This document shows positions 19,270 to 26,124 of a stretch of 29,493 bases of DNA, one piece after another (position 1 is the stretch's first letter; the number at the start of each line of letters is the position of its first letter). The DNA is from Chlamydiae bacterium RIFCSPHIGHO2_12_FULL_49_11 (GTDB taxonomy: Bacteria; Chlamydiota; Chlamydiia; Chlamydiales; 2-12-FULL-49-11): assembly GCA_001794905.1 (NCBI GenBank), contig MGLW01000038.1:1-29493 (forward strand). The letters run 5' to 3'. The position numbers and the translations under genes are program-made. Below the pieces are notes generated by a model. It was not told the DNA's origin, searched no databases, and was given only the letters and a program-made list of their open reading frames with translations.

Positions 19270-20189
19270 TTCCACGAAAGTTCGGTTTCCTTTGTTTTTT
19301 TTGTACTTCTTGCTTTTATGGTACTCCGATCTTTAAAATTGCCCTCCCCTATTTTTATTATTGCGCCGATAAACCCCTTTCGCCGGCGATTGCAGAAAAC
19401 CGGCTGCGCTTTTTGCAAGAGAAGTTTCACGCCGAAATTCCCGAAGACTCTCCCCCGGCCGCAGATTTCCTCTTTATCCCTTCCTCCGCCATCCGCCCGC
19501 CCGACAAGCGGCAAGGAATTCTTCTTTTTTGCCTTAATCATCCTCTCTTGCGATTCCATTATAAATATTGGAGCAACTACCTCGATGCCGGGGCCGATAT
19601 CATCCTCTGGAACCCGAAAAATGGAATCCAAAATCCCAAAAATTACGCCGCCGTCTTAAAAACCATACTCGAATACACTCGCGCCCATTATCCGCAAGCG
19701 GCGATCTGCCTCCATTCCCACTGTGCCTCCTCTGATCCTGCTATCGCCGCCGTCAGTGAGAAGTGCGACCCTGATATCCACCTCATTATCGACAGGGGCC
19801 ACGGCGATATCTCCTCCCTCGTCCGGTCTTTTCCTCTCGTAGGATATTTTATCGGAGAGGGCAACCTCGACGATTACGATTGTCATGGCATTCACAAAAT
19901 CGGCACCATCCCCGGCAAAATTCTCTCCCTTGTGGCTATGCATGACCAAGTCATGAATTCCGAATCAGGCAATCTCACACGCCGGCTTTCTGAAAGGTGC
20001 CCCCACCAAGAGATGCATGAAATGATTACCGGCGACCACTGGTCCTACTACGACGAAGAAACTTATCTTGTTATGTGCCGTTTCATGGTTGACCTTGGCA
20101 TCTTGCTGCATATCCCTCCCTACCCCGGACCATCCACCTCGTCTTCCTCCTGCCAGGTCCAAAACCTTGCCCGTGTCATCCTTCATTAG
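19266..20189 (+). CDS. Hypothetical protein with probable alpha/beta-hydrolase fold
   Basis: ATG 19266 overlaps the gltX stop (ATGA) and the ORF fills the gap to the next gene. Motif order GADIILWN / ICLHSHCASS / LIIDRG / AMHDQV / GDHW mirrors alpha/beta hydrolases. Confidence 0.6.
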   Translation: MIPRKFGFLCFFCTSCFYGTPIFKIALPYFYYCADKPLSPAIAENRLRFLQEKFHAEIPEDSPPAADFLFIPSSAIRPPDKRQGILLFCLNHPLLRFHYKYWSNYLDAGADIILWNPKNGIQNPKNYAAVLKTILEYTRAHYPQAAICLHSHCASSDPAIAAVSEKCDPDIHLIIDRGHGDISSLVRSFPLVGYFIGEGNLDDYDCHGIHKIGTIPGKILSLVAMHDQVMNSESGNLTRRLSERCPHQEMHEMITGDHWSYYDEETYLVMCRFMVDLGILLHIPPYPGPSTSSSSCQVQNLARVILH

Positions 20190-20230
20190 ACTGTGATAAA
20201 ACCTTCTTTTATGGTAAAATGGTTCTTGAT

Positions 20231-21340
20231 ATGAATCTCATCACAGAAAAAAAAGAGAGTTTAGGCCTCTCGCATAAAGACCCGTTTCAGGCTAATATTT
20301 TAGAGCTTAGGCGATTAAACCATGCCGCTTCCGAAAAAATGATTTACCATCTTGTCCTCGACCTCCAAGGCTCTTCCATTCAATATGAAGTCGGCTCCTG
20401 CATCGGCATCTACCCCAAAAATGACGTGAAGGAAATTTTCCACTTGTGCCGCCTTTTGCGCCTTTCCCCGACCACTCCCTTCTATTGTGAACGCCTGGAA
20501 CGCACCCTTACCGTACGAGAATTTCTCTATAGCCACGCCAATCTCGATAAAGTGACGAAAAAGCACGGGGAGCTTGCCTCTCTCGATCCTGAATTTACTG
20601 ATTTGCAACAACTTGACCATGTCAGCCTCATCGAAATGAACCCCGATATCGCCGATCCCATCGTTTATTTGAACGCTCTCCTTCCCCTTCTTCCCCGCTA
20701 CTATTCGATCGCCTCCTCCAAACACCGGGGACCCTTTCGCGTTGAACTTCTCATCGCATCGGTCGATTATGAAAAAGCCGGAAAAGAGAAAAAGGGCGCG
20801 CTATCGCGCTACCTGGAAGAGATCGATCCCGAAAGTGGCACCCTCGACATTTTCTACCTCCACAACCCCCGCTTTACCGTCCCCGAAGATCACGGCACGC
20901 CGATCATCATGATCGGTCCCGGCACCGGCCTCGCCGCTTTCCGCGGATTTTTGCAAGAGCGCGTCCATCAAAACGCTTCCGGTAAAAACTGGCTCTTTTT
21001 CGGAGCGAGAAAACGCCTCCACGATTTTTACTACCAAGAAGAACTCGAAGAATATATAGAAGCGGGGAAACTCATTCTCGACACTGCCTTTTCCCGCGAC
21101 CAAGAAGAAAAAATATACGTGCAGCACCGCATGTGGGAAAACCGCCATGTGCTGTGGCAATGGATCACACAGCACGGCGCGCATCTTTACATTTGCGGCG
21201 ACGCCAAACATATGGCAAAAGATGTAGAAGCCATGCTGGAAAAGATTGCGATCGACCTCCAGGGATTTTCCCCTCTCGAAGCCAAACGGTTTTTCAAAGA
21301 TTTGCGCAAAGAAAAGCGCATGCACCTTGATGTTTATTGA
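20231..21340 (+). CDS. cysJ: Sulfite reductase flavoprotein-like FAD/NADPH oxidoreductase lacking the flavodoxin domain
   Basis: PRYYSIASS, IMIGPGTGLAAFRGFLQER, WLFFGAR, AFSRDQ..KIYVQ, YICGDA, C-terminal DVY. The alternative ATG at 20219 overlaps the predicted -10. Confidence 0.85.
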   Translation: MNLITEKKESLGLSHKDPFQANILELRRLNHAASEKMIYHLVLDLQGSSIQYEVGSCIGIYPKNDVKEIFHLCRLLRLSPTTPFYCERLERTLTVREFLYSHANLDKVTKKHGELASLDPEFTDLQQLDHVSLIEMNPDIADPIVYLNALLPLLPRYYSIASSKHRGPFRVELLIASVDYEKAGKEKKGALSRYLEEIDPESGTLDIFYLHNPRFTVPEDHGTPIIMIGPGTGLAAFRGFLQERVHQNASGKNWLFFGARKRLHDFYYQEELEEYIEAGKLILDTAFSRDQEEKIYVQHRMWENRHVLWQWITQHGAHLYICGDAKHMAKDVEAMLEKIAIDLQGFSPLEAKRFFKDLRKEKRMHLDVY

Positions 21341-22905
21341 TCTACTATGGCAGCAAATTGTTCCATCGAACACCGTTTCCAGATGCGTTTTCCCGTAGGA
21401 GAAAATTCCAGCCTCGCATCGAGAATGCCGCGCACGATTTCACGCACTTCATGAGGAGAAAATGTAGGACCAACACGAAGGTTTTCCACCTGGCTTTCCC
21501 ATGCCTCCCCTCGGCACATCGCGCCGATTACCTCCTGCAGTTTCCCTTCATCGTATCCGGGATACACTGCCTCGACCGAAAAAAGATGCGGTCCGGTTCG
21601 ATGTCCCTCGATCCCCCAAGCAGCAAGCTTTTCCGGATACGCTTCAATCCGATCGACCTCCTGATCACTCACCGTGATTTGGATGGGAAATAAAAGGCTC
21701 TGCATTGCGGGCAGCTTCCCTTGCCCCATTTCTTTAACGATCAAACTTTTTTTCGCTCGCACGAGATCCATGATGAGGAGATTTTCCTCTCTTGCTACAA
21801 TAGCTATGGATTGTACGAGTGCTACGATTTCAAAATCCGGCACCCGCGGCTCTTCCCGCAACTCAAATTGCACTTCTTGCCTTGGCATTTCAAATCGGAC
21901 GAGAGGTTCGCGGGATATTTCCTCTTCGAATACTACACGGGTTCGGAAAGCATCCCGTACCGCATTCTGCAATGCTTGGCAGAGCATCTCTTCCTCCCGA
22001 AACGCCACCTCTTTTTTTTGCGGATGGATATTCACATCGTAACTGTCCGGTTCTATCTGCAACCAAAGAAAAAAATGGGGAAACGTCCCTGCATTCAACA
22101 TGGTGGCATATCCCCTTTCCATGGCGCGGGAAAGTTCCGGAGAAGTGATCGTCCGCCCATTCAAAAACAGGAATTGGTGGGAACGCGAAAGGTGGGCGAT
22201 ATCAGGAGGGGAAAAAAAACCGGAAAAGCAGTCGTGTTTTAACTCTCGTAAATCGCGAGTGAATGAAGGTTCATATAGAGAAGAAACTCTCTCCAGGGAA
22301 GGGGCAGCATGAAGTCTGTATTCTTCCTTCCCGTCAATAACGAGGGTGAACGATACCCCAAAATGGGAAAGGACGAGTGCCTTGCACACCTGTTTGATAT
22401 CCCGCGTCGACTGCGCCGGCGATTTTTGAAACGCTTTTCGTGCCGGCGTGTTTGCGAAAAGTTTTTCCACCACTACCGTCGTGCCCCGCCGCCGACCTTT
22501 TGATATGCATACCGGCTCTTTTCCCGGTTCTACAGAGACTTCAACTCCCAGCGGCGTTTTCTCGCTTGTCAAGATAGTGATCCTGCTCACGGCAGCAATG
22601 GATGAGAGCGCCTCTCCGCGAAAGCCGAGCGTCATACACTGTGCCAAATCGAGATAACCCCGGATTTTTGAAGTGGCATGCCGCTCCGTTGAAAGCACCG
22701 CATCTTCGGAAGACATCCCGCATCCGTTATCTTTCACGGCAATCCGTTCAAACCCCCCTTGCGAGATTTCGATTTCGATTTCGGTTGCACCGGCATCAAG
22801 AGCATTTTCTACAAGCTCTTTCACCATATTTTTCGGAGACTCCACCACCTCGCCGGCAGCAATTTTATTGATATCTTCATTCGAAAGTTGCCGTATTTTT
22901 CCCAT
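21334..22905 (-). CDS. mutL: DNA mismatch repair protein MutL
   Basis: INKIAAGEVVE, VKELVENALDAGA, DNGCGM, HATSKI, LGFRGEALSSI, DVNIHPQKKEV; start at MGKIRQL (22905). Confidence 0.95.
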   Translation of the reverse strand: MGKIRQLSNEDINKIAAGEVVESPKNMVKELVENALDAGATEIEIEISQGGFERIAVKDNGCGMSSEDAVLSTERHATSKIRGYLDLAQCMTLGFRGEALSSIAAVSRITILTSEKTPLGVEVSVEPGKEPVCISKGRRRGTTVVVEKLFANTPARKAFQKSPAQSTRDIKQVCKALVLSHFGVSFTLVIDGKEEYRLHAAPSLERVSSLYEPSFTRDLRELKHDCFSGFFSPPDIAHLSRSHQFLFLNGRTITSPELSRAMERGYATMLNAGTFPHFFLWLQIEPDSYDVNIHPQKKEVAFREEEMLCQALQNAVRDAFRTRVVFEEEISREPLVRFEMPRQEVQFELREEPRVPDFEIVALVQSIAIVAREENLLIMDLVRAKKSLIVKEMGQGKLPAMQSLLFPIQITVSDQEVDRIEAYPEKLAAWGIEGHRTGPHLFSVEAVYPGYDEGKLQEVIGAMCRGEAWESQVENLRVGPTFSPHEVREIVRGILDARLEFSPTGKRIWKRCSMEQFAAIVDQ

Positions 22906-22916
22906 TTTGGTACCAT
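22888..22916 (+). promoter_or_regulatory. Putative pepF promoter overlapping the mutL 5' end
   Basis: TTGCCG-N17-TACCAT with extended TG; ATG follows after 8 nt. Confidence 0.55.
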
Positions 22917-22924
22917 CTGTCCGC

Positions 22925-24607
22925 ATGCAGTATAAAACAGAGTTCGATCTTTCACAAACGTTAAATGGGGATGGAGCATCGAAAGAGAAAATCACTGCCG
23001 CCCTCGACACCATTGCAAAAGAGATTGCAGCCTTCCGGCCTGACAGTTTCCGTTTCGATACTTTGCAGCACATCATGGCTCTCTTGGAAGAAACAGGGTC
23101 GATCATTCTTTGCATGACCTCTGTCGATGTCAAAGATAGCAGGGCTAAAAAATGGGAAGCGGCCGCCGACGAACTTTCCTCCAAACTCTCCAGTCTCTCT
23201 CTCGAGATCGACAATCTTCTCGCCCTTCTTTCTCAGCGAGATTTTCAGTCCCTTGTGCAAAAGCATCCCGCGATCGCCTTCCATCTGCAAGAGAAGCGGA
23301 ATTGGATTCGCGAAAAACTTCCCACCGATAGGGAAAAACTCATTGAAACGCTCTCTTCTCCCGGCCATCGTGATTGGACCTCTCTCTATTACACTCTCAT
23401 CGGTGAAATCGAATTCGAATGGGAAGGAAATACATGCAACATCAGCACCCTCGAAACAAAATTGCGCGACCGCAATCCGGACATTCGCACCAAAGCATTT
23501 ACCTTGCTGCAACAAGGACTCAAACGGCATGAAAACCTTTTCGGAGTAGCGCTCAACGCGATCGCCCGCTATCGTATGAAAGTGTATGAATTACGCAAAT
23601 GGGACACCCTGCACGAATCACTCCACGCCAATCGTATCTCAAAAAAGACGCTCACTGCTATGCAAACCTCTATCGACGCAAATGCCCCATCTCTCCACGA
23701 TTACATCGACAAAAAAAAACGTGCCCTCGGCCTCCAAACGGTCCGCTACTTCGATCTAGACGCTCCGATCGATCCCCAGTCTCCCGTTTTTTCGTGGGAT
23801 GAAGCGGTGCACATGATCCTCGACGCCTTCGGCGCCTTTGGTCCCAAGCTCAAAGCTTTTGCCGAAGAGGCACTCAAAAAAGGGTGGGTCGACGTTGCAA
23901 AACGCCCCCATAAACGTGCGGGAGGCTTTTGCACAAGCCTCCCTCTTTCAAAAATGAATCTTATCCTGCTTACTTTCGGCGAAAACTTCAGCAGCATCGC
24001 TACCCTCGCACACGAACTCGGCCATGCCTATCACAGTCACGTCCTCTACAAAAAGCCGCTCCTTGCCCAGCATTACCCCATGTGCATTGCCGAAAGCGCC
24101 TCTACGTTTTGCGAAATCCTCCTCACCGACCACCTTCTCAAGCGGTATCCCAAACTCATGCTCGACGAAATTTACAGCCGCCACGCCACATTTCTGATGG
24201 ACCTGCACGCCCGCTATCTTTTCGACTTCGACCTGCACACGAAGGCCGCCGAACATTTCCTCTCCTCATCCGAACTTTCTTCCCTCATGCAAGATGCACA
24301 AAACCGCGCTTATGGAAAAACCATCGAACCGTTTGACCATTTCTGGTGTTACAAAATGCATTTCTATTTCACCGATACGCCCTTTTATAACTGGCCGTAC
24401 ACTTTCGGCTATCTCATGAGCCGCGGTCTCTTCCATCATCTTAAGGACGACCCTGCGCGCGAAGACAAATGGATCTTGTTCTTTCAAGACTCGGGATCGA
24501 TGCAGCTCGAAGAACTGGCTAAAAAGCACCTGAACCTCGATATCACTCAGACTGACTTTTGGAATACCTCCTGCCGCCTCCCTCTTCCGTTCAATCTTCA
24601 TTGTTAA
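22925..24607 (+). CDS. pepF: M3 family oligoendopeptidase (PepF-like)
   Basis: KRAGGFC, TLAHELGHAYH (HExxH), IAESASTFCE, HFY...FYNWPYTFG; start MQYKTEFDLS at 22925. Confidence 0.9.
   Translation: MQYKTEFDLSQTLNGDGASKEKITAALDTIAKEIAAFRPDSFRFDTLQHIMALLEETGSIILCMTSVDVKDSRAKKWEAAADELSSKLSSLSLEIDNLLALLSQRDFQSLVQKHPAIAFHLQEKRNWIREKLPTDREKLIETLSSPGHRDWTSLYYTLIGEIEFEWEGNTCNISTLETKLRDRNPDIRTKAFTLLQQGLKRHENLFGVALNAIARYRMKVYELRKWDTLHESLHANRISKKTLTAMQTSIDANAPSLHDYIDKKKRALGLQTVRYFDLDAPIDPQSPVFSWDEAVHMILDAFGAFGPKLKAFAEEALKKGWVDVAKRPHKRAGGFCTSLPLSKMNLILLTFGENFSSIATLAHELGHAYHSHVLYKKPLLAQHYPMCIAESASTFCEILLTDHLLKRYPKLMLDEIYSRHATFLMDLHARYLFDFDLHTKAAEHFLSSSELSSLMQDAQNRAYGKTIEPFDHFWCYKMHFYFTDTPFYNWPYTFGYLMSRGLFHHLKDDPAREDKWILFFQDSGSMQLEELAKKHLNLDITQTDFWNTSCRLPLPFNLHC
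22929..22957 (-). promoter_or_regulatory. Putative mutL promoter inside the pepF 5' coding region
   Basis: Minus strand TTGTGA-N17-TATACT. Confidence 0.55.
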
Positions 24608-24667
24608 AAAATTCTTTTATTTTATCTTTCGATAAAATATACTTCATTTTAACAATGGAGGAATTCT

Positions 24668-25090
24668 ATGGTACTTGGTTTAGAGGCCCTATTTGGGCGC
24701 AAACAAGATACAACAACACCCGCCTCGCCGGTGGTAGACGTACAAACGCAAACAGTTAAAGCTACGGCAGTGCAATCCGTGGAGGTTGTCAGCAGCAATA
24801 CGGAACATCCGGCGGCTCCTCTCCCTGTGGTGCAGCCATTAGCGACAGAAGTGAAAGGATCTTTGCAATTGGAAACAAAAGAGATGGGAGTGCGGCGCCT
24901 TGAACTTGGTGATTTTTATCTCAAATCGGGACAAAAAGCAACATGGATCAAGGTAGCGTGTTGGGTGCTGACGATTCCGACCCTCGGCCTCTTTGCCGTT
25001 GGTGTTTGGATCGCTCTCCGCATTTATTATTACGTCCACCCGATTCCGGTTCATGTACCCGAAGAAACTCGTCCACCGGCGGCAACGTAA
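24668..25090 (+). CDS. Hypothetical membrane protein, possibly DUF648-like
   Basis: GGAGG RBS; low-complexity T/V/P/Q-rich N-terminus; hydrophobic segment WIKVACWVLTIPTLGLFAVGVWIALRIYYY. Confidence 0.7.
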   Translation: MVLGLEALFGRKQDTTTPASPVVDVQTQTVKATAVQSVEVVSSNTEHPAAPLPVVQPLATEVKGSLQLETKEMGVRRLELGDFYLKSGQKATWIKVACWVLTIPTLGLFAVGVWIALRIYYYVHPIPVHVPEETRPPAAT

Positions 25091-25097
25091 AATCGAC

Positions 25098-25126
25098 TTG
25101 CTATTTGCCGGAGGTTCGTTTATCTT
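25098..25126 (+). promoter_or_regulatory. Putative promoter of the 25133 ORF (leaderless configuration)
   Basis: TTGCTA-N17-TATCTT; ATG follows after 6 nt. Confidence 0.55.
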
Positions 25127-25132
25127 TAGCGC

Positions 25133-25981
25133 ATGAGGCTATTGATTACGCTTGCGACGCTTGGCGCTCTTGGCTACGGAGGATATTGGGCTTATGAAAA
25201 CAAGCCGATAGTGCGTGCAAAGGTGGATATGATCATCGATATGATCCATAACACCGAGTTCCACACGCTGGAGGCGCGGTTCACTCCTGAACAGATCATG
25301 AATGTGTACCGCACCTTGCTTCTCAAAGACGACAAGCACCGTTTCCAGCCGGCAACCACGAAGTTTGCTCCTTATCTCATGATGGAAGTTAAGTACATCA
25401 ATGCGCAAGCAGAGACGATTGAATCGATCATTTTGTGGGACTTGATCGAAGGGGAAATGCTTCTCAATACGACCCAGTGGGAAAAGACGCACGGTTTTGC
25501 CGACTGCATTTTAGCCAACATTCGCAAGAACGAATTCCGTGTGATCAATGCCTTAGCTGAGCGGGGCGGCACACTCGACCGCGAGCATCTCGCACGCATT
25601 TTGCAAGTGGAAAATGAGCAGCTCGGCAACTGGCTTGAAAAGTGCCTTCGCAAAAAACTCATTGTGCAGGTAGGAAATTCATTCCGACTCCATTTGCAGA
25701 AACCGCTTTTGGCCTTCCAGCCTCGCACCAAGATTGATGAGCGCCTTGTGACCAAGTCGCTCCGGAGTAAGGATAAAATCCGGCGCAAATTTTCCGACAC
25801 GCAAGTGCGCCGTGTGGCTGAATCTGCCTTCGGGCCCGATTTTGCCGTCCGCAAGACGCTGATCGTCTACTTGCCCATTTATTGTATTACGGTGGAGAAT
25901 CCGGATGGATCAGTTCACACTTCGCATTGGAATGCGCTTACAGGAAAGGAGATTTCGTTTACCGCTCTCCTTGAACAATAA
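25133..25981 (+). CDS. Hypothetical protein with N-terminal membrane anchor or signal
   Basis: 282-aa ORF that fills the gap between neighbours and has its own promoter; N-terminal hydrophobic stretch MRLLITLATLGALGYGGYW. Confidence 0.8.
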   Translation: MRLLITLATLGALGYGGYWAYENKPIVRAKVDMIIDMIHNTEFHTLEARFTPEQIMNVYRTLLLKDDKHRFQPATTKFAPYLMMEVKYINAQAETIESIILWDLIEGEMLLNTTQWEKTHGFADCILANIRKNEFRVINALAERGGTLDREHLARILQVENEQLGNWLEKCLRKKLIVQVGNSFRLHLQKPLLAFQPRTKIDERLVTKSLRSKDKIRRKFSDTQVRRVAESAFGPDFAVRKTLIVYLPIYCITVENPDGSVHTSHWNALTGKEISFTALLEQ

Positions 25982-25982
25982 C

Positions 25983-26011
25983 TTGAGCAAAAAGGCGGCC
26001 TCCTTTATCCT
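25983..26011 (+). promoter_or_regulatory. Putative promoter of tRNA-Ser (and possibly dnaB)
   Basis: TTGAGC-N17-TATCCT, 11 nt before the tRNA 5' end. Confidence 0.55.
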
Positions 26012-26022
26012 ATCCTTCAACT

Positions 26023-26112
26023 GGAAAGATGGCCGAGTGGCCGAAGGCGCTTCCCTGCTAAGGAGGTATACCCCGTTAAAGGGTATCGAGGGTTCGAATC
26101 CCTCTCTTTCCG
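26023..26112 (+). tRNA. tRNA-Ser(GCT)
   Basis: Acceptor stem GGAAAGA/TCTTTCC plus G discriminator, D-arm TGGCCGAGTGG, anticodon arm CTTCC-CTGCTAA-GGAGG, long variable arm, T-loop GGTTCGAATCC; CCA not encoded. Confidence 0.96.
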
Positions 26113-26124
26113 AAAGAATTACGA

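Noticed and set aside
20231-21340. cysJ as a truncated pseudogene
   Set aside because: The ORF is intact with all FAD/NADPH motifs, and the short flavodoxin-less form is known in Chlamydia
21334-24607. Long mutual overlap of mutL (to 23214) and pepF (from 22673) in the ORF track
   Set aside because: The extensions are antisense read-through of the opposite gene; family homology starts at 22905 and 22925
26023-26112. tRNA-Ser as an integration site of an island
   Set aside because: No duplicated tRNA 3' end or integrase seen; dnaB follows directly
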